A stretch of 64,000 nucleotides of DNA from a virus (Duplodnaviria; Caudoviricetes): IMG/VR virus record IMGVR_UViG_3300037361_000044, positions 96,001 to 160,000 of that record. One strand, written 5' to 3'. The position numbers were made by a program, and so were the translations under genes. Each line of letters begins with the position of its first letter. Positions within the stretch are counted from its first letter, which is position 1. The notes under the pieces are model-generated. The model did not search any database, was not told where the DNA came from, and saw nothing but the letters and a program-made list of their open reading frames with translations. Below are positions 55,167 to 63,168 of this stretch, in pieces.

Positions 55167-55840
55167 TCGAGTTGCATGAATCGGCGTCCTCTACTTTTCT
55201 TCTGAGGGCGCCGACGGCATCCCTTTGGTGTGTCCACCGCCGCTCGTAGCGGCCAGCCTCGCGCCAACCTATTCAGTACATGCGCCGGTATTCCACCGTC
55301 CCGGCGCCAGGCCGTCAGGTGCTTACTTTCGCCTCCGTACTGGATGATGAAGGAGTCGGTCCTATTCCTTGCCTGCTCGGCTGTGCTAGCCCAGTGGCAA
55401 TTGCTTGGAGTGTAGTCGCCGTCGTTGTCTTTTCTTTCTATGCTGTGCTTTCCGGTTGGTCTAGGTCCCATGTCTGCTATGAAATTCTCAAAACGACGCC
55501 AACGCGCGCAGACTTTTATGCCCCTACCGCCGTAGTACTGGTAGCTGTTAGTACTTTTGTTGCGGCAGCGATTCAGCATAGACTGCCAAACCCCGTACTC
55601 CGGAGTAGTGGATGCGCCATGTGTGGTTCTACGCGCGCTTGCTAGCTCTCTGTGCAGACAGCCACAGGAGTTTGTTTGACCGCGAACCAGGTTCATCTCC
55701 AGCGTGTCTATTGTGTTCCCGCAGGTGCATATGCAAATCCAGGTTGGCTTTGCACCTGTTTTGTACTGCCTACCTAGGCCTCGTCTCAATACCGTTAGCC
55801 TGCCGAACTCTTTTCCGGTAAGGTCTCGATGTACTGCCAT
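55163..55840 (-). CDS. HNH homing endonuclease (Cys-rich N-terminus)
   Basis: DLTGKEFGRLTV, WICICTCG, YGGRGIKVC.RW, SIERKDNDGDY.PSNC.WA...EQARN. Confidence 0.85.
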   Translation of the reverse strand: MAVHRDLTGKEFGRLTVLRRGLGRQYKTGAKPTWICICTCGNTIDTLEMNLVRGQTNSCGCLHRELASARRTTHGASTTPEYGVWQSMLNRCRNKSTNSYQYYGGRGIKVCARWRRFENFIADMGPRPTGKHSIERKDNDGDYTPSNCHWASTAEQARNRTDSFIIQYGGESKHLTAWRRDGGIPAHVLNRLARGWPLRAAVDTPKGCRRRPQKKSRGRRFMQLD

Positions 55841-56825
55841 GATAAGACGCGCTCCAGCTGAAGGTTACTACAAATATCTTATAGTACATCCTCAGGTGTA
55901 TGACAACGCGTACATCCAAACAATCGCCCAGGAGTTGAGCTTAGACTACCTGGGCGATTGGTACATCCAGTGGTTGCGTGAGCGGCTGAGACCGCCGACC
56001 CCGTTCTACCCTGAGGACCTGACGCACGATAAGTCTCAGCGCTTCCTGATGAAGGAGTCTCTGGTGCGTCCGTTCCATCCGGATAAGAACTGGTCCGCAG
56101 TACTGCGACTTTTGAACAAGCCTAGGATTCGGGAGGTCGTGGAGACCATGCTCCTGTCACAGGCGCCATACGCAGCCATCGTCCACGCTTTGGATGTGCG
56201 GCACTCCTTGAAGATCTCAGTGGAAGGTATCCGTCTGTTCAAGAGCTACTTCTGGGACATCGATCTGCTGGACAGCCTGGAGATGCGCACGCTGCTGGAC
56301 CTGCGCCACAGCGGAGCCTTGACGAACGGCAATGACAAGGAAGCGTTGACACAGTTGCCGTCCATCAAGCGCATGCGGCACACGGACCCGAGGGTAGTTG
56401 CATCGCGGCTACCGCATACGCCGTTGGCTGCAGCACTGGCGCAGCTTGAGCTCGGGGTGATGCCGAGAAAGATGGATCTAGGGGTCATTCTTGAGCAGGC
56501 GCAGACGGTGACGTTGCTACGCGGGGCTGAGGCTGCACACAACGGTGGGCCCCTGGGTGCCACCATGTCTCAGTCCTTCTTCAATTCAGCGGAGACCTTG
56601 CAGCGTTTGAAGGGGCTTGTTGTGAACCCAGAGGACAAGCTGCGTTCCGATTTGAAGCGCATCTCGTTGGCTACAACACAGAACAAGGTCCCAACGCTAG
56701 CGCAGTTGACGAACGGCAACCACACAACCAATGTGCATCCTGAACCCAAGGTTGGGATGCAGGTGGCCGACGCCGTATTCGATGAAGTAGAGGAAGAGGG
56801 AGATCCCGATGGAAGTGAATGCTAG
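55839..56825 (+). CDS. Hypothetical protein upstream of terminase (small-subunit candidate)
   Basis: ATG 55839; 328 aa, helical; position near TerL. Confidence 0.45.
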   Translation: MIRRAPAEGYYKYLIVHPQVYDNAYIQTIAQELSLDYLGDWYIQWLRERLRPPTPFYPEDLTHDKSQRFLMKESLVRPFHPDKNWSAVLRLLNKPRIREVVETMLLSQAPYAAIVHALDVRHSLKISVEGIRLFKSYFWDIDLLDSLEMRTLLDLRHSGALTNGNDKEALTQLPSIKRMRHTDPRVVASRLPHTPLAAALAQLELGVMPRKMDLGVILEQAQTVTLLRGAEAAHNGGPLGATMSQSFFNSAETLQRLKGLVVNPEDKLRSDLKRISLATTQNKVPTLAQLTNGNHTTNVHPEPKVGMQVADAVFDEVEEEGDPDGSEC

Positions 56826-57309
56826 AAGGGTAGACGTGGCAGAGACCAAGGCTGTCTTCGCGGAGCTTCGTGAGAGAGCAGGAGGCCAGGAAGAACCCGC
56901 GGCGCTGGGTAACGTGCTCAACGCTGTGGTGAAGTTCAATCAGGTGCGTGACTACACCACGTTCCTGGCGGAGTACACGTGCTTGGACGGAAACATCGTC
57001 GTGCACTTCTTCCCGCCGCTGGAGGCCTACGTAGGCGTGGGCGAAGCCCGCAAAGTGGTGGAGGAGTACCTGTTGTTTTGGCAGAAGAAGTTCCCGCTGG
57101 TACTTAGTCCAGTCGCCGAGGACTACTTCAAAGCCACGCGCCCGGTGCTTACTGCCCAGTACATCCCGGAGATGCAGAGTTGGTACCTGAAGGCAGGGGG
57201 TTTCGCCAACAGGCTGGATCCCGACGCCTTCATTTTGAAATTCTTCGAGAGATTGGATGCGGGGCTCGATGCGAGCTACCCCTCCCCTTCCCGTGTTCCT
57301 GGGGCTTAG
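56809..57309 (+). CDS. Hypothetical protein
   Basis: SD GAGGGAG; overlaps the upstream stop. Confidence 0.55.
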   Translation: MEVNARRVDVAETKAVFAELRERAGGQEEPAALGNVLNAVVKFNQVRDYTTFLAEYTCLDGNIVVHFFPPLEAYVGVGEARKVVEEYLLFWQKKFPLVLSPVAEDYFKATRPVLTAQYIPEMQSWYLKAGGFANRLDPDAFILKFFERLDAGLDASYPSPSRVPGA

Positions 57310-57589
57310 GCGGGGAGTACTTGATGTGCAGGGCGACGTGCCCTCGCTTTTGAGACAGCTCATCCAGCGCCCAGTGCGACCGCCTGGCATACCCCCTCAT
57401 GTAGCTACTGGCTGTTTTCCATAATTCTGAGGGTATCTTGGACGTCAGGCGGAATGTAATCTTGAATCCCGACTCGTCTTGGTCCACGGTAGCCTCCTCA
57501 CCCCAATGCAGGTTAGATGCCCTCCGTAGTGACGACCACATGTTTTGAACCAGCGTGTATGGATCCTTGGTTGGTGTTGGAGGGTACAT
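57230..57589 (-). CDS. Possible small hypothetical protein
   Basis: Fills the gap before TerL; start uncertain. Confidence 0.3.
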   Translation of the reverse strand: MYPPTPTKDPYTLVQNMWSSLRRASNLHWGEEATVDQDESGFKITFRLTSKIPSELWKTASSYMRGYARRSHWALDELSQKRGHVALHIKYSPPKPQEHGKGRGSSHRAPHPISRRISK

Positions 57590-57592
57590 TGA

Positions 57593-59428
57593 ATGGCTGC
57601 CGCTGAAAGGTTTACTGAGGACTACTCGGAGCACCCGGACGACTCTGGTGCAGAGGGTACCCCACTTTCTGATGAAGAGCTACAACGCCTGGCCGAGCTC
57701 GATAGGTGGGTGCCGGAGGCCGAGGAGTACTTGGACCTCTGCACGGATGACGACCCGTACAAGTTCCTCCGGGACGGTGACGCTCCGGTAATCCTCCCGT
57801 CTAGCTTCACTGAGTACGCCTTCTGGATGCCCACGAGCAACGGCTACGAGCAGTTCTCGTTCGAGGGGCGTCATCATCTGCGGCAGGTCTACGACACCCC
57901 ACGGCGTCGTGTATTGCTCATGTGCGGTCGTCAGGTCGAGAAGTCCACACTTCTTGGCAACAGGGCTTTGGCCTTGGGGTGTCTCATCCCCGCCTACAAG
58001 ACCCTTTATGTTAGCCCCTCGGCAACGCAAACCAAGACGTTCTCTAACGACCGTGTGAAGGATCCTATCGAGACCAGCCCTGTGCTGCGGGCCTTCACGA
58101 ACCGCATGCTGTCGCAGAACGTTTTCGAGAAGCAGTTCATCAACCGCTCGAAGATCACACTGCGTTACGCCTTCCTCAACGCTGACCGCGCGCGCGGTAT
58201 CCCAGCCAACCAGCTCCTCATCGACGAAATCCAGGACATCCTATCGGACAACATCCCGGTCATCGAGCAGTGCTTGTTCCACTCCCCCGAGGAGCTGAAG
58301 CGGTTCGTCTACTCAGGGACGCCCAAGACCCTGGACAACGTGATCGAGGATTATTGGAGCAACCGTTCCACGCAGAACCAGTGGGTGGTGCCCTGTGACT
58401 GCACGGGCGGGGAAGCGGGCCGTTACTGGAACATCCTTGGCGAGAAGAACATCGGCAAGAAGCACCTGATCTGCGAGCACTGCGGCAAGCAGATCTTTCC
58501 AATGGGTCCAGCCTCACAGTGGGCCAGCGCCGTGGAGTACGACCCGGTTCATACGCCCTTCGAGGGGTACCGCATCCCCCAGCTCATGGTCCCGTGGCTG
58601 GACTACAACGAGCTGCTCTACAACTACAACAGCTACTCCCGCAACAAGTTCTACAACGAGACGTTGGGTATTTCCTTCGATAGCGGGTTGCGGCCGCTCA
58701 CGAAAGCGCAGGTTCGCTCGAATTGCATCGAGACCATTCACATGGCGGATGCGGACAAGTACCAGAAGCTGTCCTTCAGCCAGCCTATCTTTGCTGGAAT
58801 CGACTGGGGCACAGGCGAGAACACGTACACGGTGCTCTCCCTGGGCATGTACATTCGGAACAAGTTTCGGATCTTCTATGTGCACAGGTTCACAGGAGAG
58901 GACATCGAGCCAGATCGGCAGCAGGAGAAGATTCGAGATATTCTACGCACGTTCAATGTGCGCATCATCGGCGCCGACTATGGTGGCGGCTACTATCCCA
59001 ACGACTACTTGACCCGCCAGTTTGGCCCAGACCGGCTGATGAAGTACCAGTACGTGGCCAGGCTCACGTCGAAAGTACGCTGGGAGAACAAGTTGCGGCG
59101 TTGGATGGTGCACCGCTCAGAGGTGATGAGTGCCATCTTCAATGCCATCAAGCGTGGCAATGTATTTGAGTTTCCACGTTGGGCTGAGTTCAATGACCCG
59201 TACGGCCAGGACATGCTCAACATCTTCAGCGAATACAACGAGAAGCTGCGCATGATTCAGTACGGGCACACCGCAGGAAAGACGGACGATACATTTCACT
59301 CCATCCTGTACTGCTTCCTGGCTTCCATGGTCATGCGTCCACGCCCGGACATCATCGCCCCTGGCAAGGAGGCCGAGGGGGTTGGCCCCGTCTGGAGTTC
59401 GTACTCGGGGCCTGTTGACCAGGGTTGA
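57593..59428 (+). CDS. terL: Terminase large subunit (lambda gpA-like)
   Basis: GRQVEKST, IDEIQD, SGTPKT, zinc ribbon, NETLG, GIDWG nuclease motif, DD.FH. Confidence 0.9.
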   Translation: MAAAERFTEDYSEHPDDSGAEGTPLSDEELQRLAELDRWVPEAEEYLDLCTDDDPYKFLRDGDAPVILPSSFTEYAFWMPTSNGYEQFSFEGRHHLRQVYDTPRRRVLLMCGRQVEKSTLLGNRALALGCLIPAYKTLYVSPSATQTKTFSNDRVKDPIETSPVLRAFTNRMLSQNVFEKQFINRSKITLRYAFLNADRARGIPANQLLIDEIQDILSDNIPVIEQCLFHSPEELKRFVYSGTPKTLDNVIEDYWSNRSTQNQWVVPCDCTGGEAGRYWNILGEKNIGKKHLICEHCGKQIFPMGPASQWASAVEYDPVHTPFEGYRIPQLMVPWLDYNELLYNYNSYSRNKFYNETLGISFDSGLRPLTKAQVRSNCIETIHMADADKYQKLSFSQPIFAGIDWGTGENTYTVLSLGMYIRNKFRIFYVHRFTGEDIEPDRQQEKIRDILRTFNVRIIGADYGGGYYPNDYLTRQFGPDRLMKYQYVARLTSKVRWENKLRRWMVHRSEVMSAIFNAIKRGNVFEFPRWAEFNDPYGQDMLNIFSEYNEKLRMIQYGHTAGKTDDTFHSILYCFLASMVMRPRPDIIAPGKEAEGVGPVWSSYSGPVDQG

Positions 59429-59452
59429 CGCCATACTGGTAGAAGCTAGTAT
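59425..59452 (+). promoter_or_regulatory. Sigma70-like promoter for the HNH gene
   Basis: TTGACG-16 nt-TAGTAT, 5 nt before ATG 59458. Confidence 0.4.
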
Positions 59453-59457
59453 GGTGT

Positions 59458-60138
59458 ATGCCTTCAAGGAAGTGTTGCCCAACTTGTAACCGTCCATACC
59501 CAGTGCTGCCAAAGCGTGCCTGTCTTGTCTGTAAGGAGCCGTTCAGCCCATCAGGTGTCACCAACGTCTGCTGCTCTAGGGAGTGTCAGCGCAAACACAA
59601 AGGAAGCTTTGCCGAGCGGTTTTGGGCACGCGTCAACAAGCATGGGTTAGTTGCAGACGGAATGAAAACGAGCTGCTGGCTATGGACCGGCAGGCTAGAG
59701 AAAAATGGATACGCTAGGGTGAAGCGTGCAGATTCGAGGCAGCAAGTGTCTGTGCATCGTGCCGCTTGGGAACTACTGCACGGTGAGGTACCAGCTGGCA
59801 TGTTCGTGTTGCATGAGTGTGACGTGCGCCATTGCGTTCGACATCTGTCCCTGGGTACGCACCAAGACAACATGAATGACATGTTCCGTAAAGGCAGGGC
59901 ACGCAAAGCACAAGGGGCTAGGCACGGCCATGCAAAGCTTACGCCTCAGCAGGTTATAGACATTGTCCGACGTCGGCTGTCTGGTGATACCCCGCGCGAA
60001 CTAGCAACTGCTTATGGGGTCTGCGAAGCGCAGATAGGCAGGATTTGCACAGGCAAGCGTTGGAAGGAGGCGCTGGCAGGTCTGGGGACTTACGAGTACA
60101 TGCAGCGAGGGAAGAAGGTACAGGTCTCTTTTGGCTAA
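59458..60138 (+). CDS. HNH endonuclease with C-terminal HTH
   Basis: CWLWTG, VHR..W...HG, VLHECD...C..HL..GT..DN..DM. Confidence 0.85.
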   Translation: MPSRKCCPTCNRPYPVLPKRACLVCKEPFSPSGVTNVCCSRECQRKHKGSFAERFWARVNKHGLVADGMKTSCWLWTGRLEKNGYARVKRADSRQQVSVHRAAWELLHGEVPAGMFVLHECDVRHCVRHLSLGTHQDNMNDMFRKGRARKAQGARHGHAKLTPQQVIDIVRRRLSGDTPRELATAYGVCEAQIGRICTGKRWKEALAGLGTYEYMQRGKKVQVSFG

Positions 60139-60178
60139 TAGGGGGCTACGAGAAAGGGGAGTTTTACTCCCCCTTCTT
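60139..60178 (-). terminator. Convergent-junction terminator: hairpin + TAGGGGGCTA motif
   Basis: TAGGGGGCTACGAGAAA-GGGGAGT-TTT-ACTCCCC. Confidence 0.65.
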
Positions 60179-60444
60179 CACTCAGCCGCGCGCCGCGTCT
60201 TCAGCGCTTTCTCTACTTCGTCGTAGCCCAGCACCACTGGCCAGGCGACAGCTGAGAAGCCAATGAGTCCAATAAACGCAGCGTTGGCCACGATTGCCAG
60301 CTGCCGTTCGGATAGCGGGTTGTCCTCTGTCACCGCGGCAATGAGCACGTCGGCAGTCCAGCGTGATCGTTTTACTTCTTGGTAGGCGTTGTAACCAACT
60401 ACTGCACCCATCGCTACGTAGGCTGTTGTCAATAGAAAGCTCAT
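60178..60444 (-). CDS. Small two-TM membrane protein
   Basis: SD GGAGG; two hydrophobic segments. Confidence 0.55.
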   Translation of the reverse strand: MSFLLTTAYVAMGAVVGYNAYQEVKRSRWTADVLIAAVTEDNPLSERQLAIVANAAFIGLIGFSAVAWPVVLGYDEVEKALKTRRAAE

Positions 60445-61205
60445 GGCGTTCCTCCACTACTCTCCTTATCCCCGAAATCGTCGTGGATTTGAGACAACGC
60501 CAAGGAAATTCTTCGAGGGTAGAGTTGGGAGATGACCTCGTCGGTCACGGCCTTATCCACGAATAGGGCATCGGCCATGCGCTGACCACGTCTCTCCAGC
60601 ACGTAGAAATAGGCCACGTGCCGCAGGCTTTTACGAGCAGCCTCGAGGCACGAGTAAGCAAAGGGTAGACTCATGTCACGCAACTTGCTTGGGCGGTCCG
60701 CCAAGCGATTGGCGAGTTGCATGTAGATCTCCCAAGGACTCGAGTAGTCCGTGATGTCCTCCAGCAGCCGCAGGTAGGACTCGTCTATTGCGTTGATAAT
60801 GGTGGCCCACTCCAGAATCTGGTCGGCGGGCACCCGGCTTAGATCCGACAACAGCAGCTCGTACGCCTGCGCGTGGATCTGGAACATGCTTTCCTGCTCA
60901 TAGGCCAGGCGCCTGTTGTCCAGCCCCAGCAGCTGGCAGAGCATGGAGAGCCGGTCGGCGACTGAGCTACTGAGGGCCGCGGCCTGCCTGGCTAGGTGCG
61001 CCACGGATGGCATGTCCATGGTCCGTCCGCGCAGTTCGAGTATTGCCCGGATGTCGGCGGGGTCGTAGAGGGAGTCGATGACGTGCTTCCCGCGGAAAGC
61101 TGGGCGCAGCTTGCCTTGGCGAACCAGTGCGGTGAGCCAGCGGGGGGTTACACCCAGCTGCTTGGCTGCAGCCTTGTGCGTGAGTAGCTTAGGATTCCTT
61201 CCCAT
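60441..61205 (-). CDS. MerR/excisionase-type HTH DNA-binding protein
   Basis: LLT..AAAKQLGVTPRWL..LVRQGKL...YDPADI. Confidence 0.7.
   Translation of the reverse strand: MGRNPKLLTHKAAAKQLGVTPRWLTALVRQGKLRPAFRGKHVIDSLYDPADIRAILELRGRTMDMPSVAHLARQAAALSSSVADRLSMLCQLLGLDNRRLAYEQESMFQIHAQAYELLLSDLSRVPADQILEWATIINAIDESYLRLLEDITDYSSPWEIYMQLANRLADRPSKLRDMSLPFAYSCLEAARKSLRHVAYFYVLERRGQRMADALFVDKAVTDEVISQLYPRRISLALSQIHDDFGDKESSGGTP
60465..60474 (-). promoter_or_regulatory. GATAAG-type motif (CGGGGATAAG)
   Basis: About 20 nt upstream of ATG 60444 and separate from its SD. Confidence 0.45.
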
Positions 61206-61240
61206 GGGCTGATTCGCATGGTACTTCTTACAAGGAAACG

Positions 61241-62575
61241 ATGAAAGGGCCAGCCATGAATGACTCACCCATGCAGACCATGCTGCAGCAACGCGACGCC
61301 CGCCCCATCCCCGGCGAGCACCTGGAAGTACTAGGCAAGCGCGCTGCCACAAGCTGGGTCACCGGTAAGTGCGCGTCGCTGCATGAGGCAGTTGTGGCGT
61401 CGGTCCACTCCGAGCGGCTTTCCCCCGAGCAGGTACGCCGAGTGGTTGAGTTTGCAAACCAGGATGCATACCAGCAGGAATTCCGCAAAGAAGGGCAGCA
61501 CAAGGTGGTTCATTTCGATTGCGGACCGGCGGATCCGGCGCAGGTTCTCCAAGACTTGAATGACGGCGGAGGTGGGTCGGTGTACGATCAGGGCAACCTG
61601 GACTACAGGATGTCCCCATCCATGGCAAAATCCGCGTCACTCAGCCGTACCCCGACCACGTCCATGGACAAGACCGCTTCCGCCGCATCAGAAGAGCCAG
61701 CGGTGCCGGGCTTGCCCAAACTAACCAAGCTCCCCAGTTTGCCCAAGCTGGCATCGGAGTCCCCTTACGAGGACCAGCTCTGGGGCCTGTTTGGCGCCGA
61801 GTCTCCTTCGGTGCTCCCCATGGCGGAGCCCATGGGCCCGCTGATGGAGGTTCGTCACAAGCTGGCTGGCGTTCACAACGAGCTCGTACACGAAGTCAAC
61901 AAGCTCGAGCTCGACTACGTCGAGGTCAGCAAGGACCTGTACCACTCGGTGAAGCAGGCCTCGTTGGAAGGACACCCGCTGGGGGACATCGTCGCGGCCT
62001 GGGCTACGGTCAACACCGACCCGGTGTACGTGAAGGTGGCCTTCCAGCTACTGTCGCCTCAGCTCCGCAGAGACGGCGTGTTCGACAGTCTTGAGGCCAT
62101 CGGAGAGTCCCTGCAGAAGCAGGCATCGGTGGGCACCCCCAACCCGGAGCATCCCCTGGTGCAAGCTTACGGGGACTTCGTTGCCACACTGAACAAGCTG
62201 GCAACTGCTCGCGCGCTGATGGGTGAGTACGCAGAGGGCTTGGAGTCCGCCGACTTGCTGCTGAAACAGGCAGCTGGAGGGTTGGTTGGTGCCGTGGGAA
62301 AAGGGTTGTCCGCGGCCAGCAAGGGGATTGATACCGCGGCAAAGCCGGTAGCTCACATGCTGGTTGGTGGAAAAGACGCCAAGAAGTTGGCACCACTTTT
62401 GGCCAAAGGTACCAAGCTCACAGGCGGTGCTGCCGCGTTGCTGGCCGGTAACGCTGCTGTCCAAAACGTGACGGACCGTCCCGCTGTGCGTAGCGCAGTG
62501 CAGGCGGCGCAGAAGGTGGTACCTGGCACGGCCGCGTACAACGAGCGCCGCTACCGCAACCAGATGGGAATGTAA
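61241..62575 (+). CDS. Head-module protein rich in K-x-A motifs
   Basis: LSPEQVRRVVEFAN..AY; about 10 KxA motifs; G/A-rich tail. Confidence 0.6.
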   Translation: MKGPAMNDSPMQTMLQQRDARPIPGEHLEVLGKRAATSWVTGKCASLHEAVVASVHSERLSPEQVRRVVEFANQDAYQQEFRKEGQHKVVHFDCGPADPAQVLQDLNDGGGGSVYDQGNLDYRMSPSMAKSASLSRTPTTSMDKTASAASEEPAVPGLPKLTKLPSLPKLASESPYEDQLWGLFGAESPSVLPMAEPMGPLMEVRHKLAGVHNELVHEVNKLELDYVEVSKDLYHSVKQASLEGHPLGDIVAAWATVNTDPVYVKVAFQLLSPQLRRDGVFDSLEAIGESLQKQASVGTPNPEHPLVQAYGDFVATLNKLATARALMGEYAEGLESADLLLKQAAGGLVGAVGKGLSAASKGIDTAAKPVAHMLVGGKDAKKLAPLLAKGTKLTGGAAALLAGNAAVQNVTDRPAVRSAVQAAQKVVPGTAAYNERRYRNQMGM

Positions 62576-62576
62576 G

Positions 62577-63167
62577 ATGACGAACCCAGCAGAAAAGTTC
62601 TTGGTAGAGAAGCGAGCGTTTGGTTTAGGCGGGGCTGCCAACGCGGCAAAGAGCGTGGGTCGCGCTGTCAAACCCTTCGGGCAAGCTGCTGGTATGGCCA
62701 TGGCCGGTGGCGTTGGTGCCGCTGGCTTTGCCGGTCTGGTTGGTGCCGCTGGCAAGCTGTTTACGGCTGCCACGAAGTCTCGAGACTTTCGGGCAATGCT
62801 CGAAGCCAACCCGGATCTGAAGGAGCACCAGAAGATGGACCCCGGTGGGTTCAATCGCATGTACTCGTCCCTGCACACCATGGCTCCGGAGTTTGCCAAA
62901 GAGCCCATGGTTGCTGGCTACTACATGCGGCAAGGCATGGAGGCCCCGCTTGAGGGGCGTGGTCAGGTCGCTGTGCAGGCGATGAACGCGCGCAAGCCCC
63001 AGCAGATGGGACCGGTCTCGGATATGGCTCTGCAGGGCTACATGCGTAGCATGGGTGGCAAACCAGACGGCGGTAAGCAGCTGCTCCGCGGGCAGACGAA
63101 GACCACATACGCGCCGGGTGATGAGGGTGTGGTTCAACGCGTAGAGACTACCGACAACCACTACTGA
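62577..63167 (+). CDS. Gly/Ala-rich internal virion protein
   Basis: EKRAF near the N-terminus followed by hydrophobic Gly-rich helices. Confidence 0.5.
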   Translation: MTNPAEKFLVEKRAFGLGGAANAAKSVGRAVKPFGQAAGMAMAGGVGAAGFAGLVGAAGKLFTAATKSRDFRAMLEANPDLKEHQKMDPGGFNRMYSSLHTMAPEFAKEPMVAGYYMRQGMEAPLEGRGQVAVQAMNARKPQQMGPVSDMALQGYMRSMGGKPDGGKQLLRGQTKTTYAPGDEGVVQRVETTDNHY

Positions 63168-63168
63168 C

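Noticed and set aside
55704-55838. Upstream extension of ORF 55704..56825
   Set aside because: It overlaps the HNH gene on the opposite strand; ATG 55839 is the more plausible start.
57301-57309. GGGGCTTAG as another junction motif
   Set aside because: Imperfect match with no adjacent hairpin.
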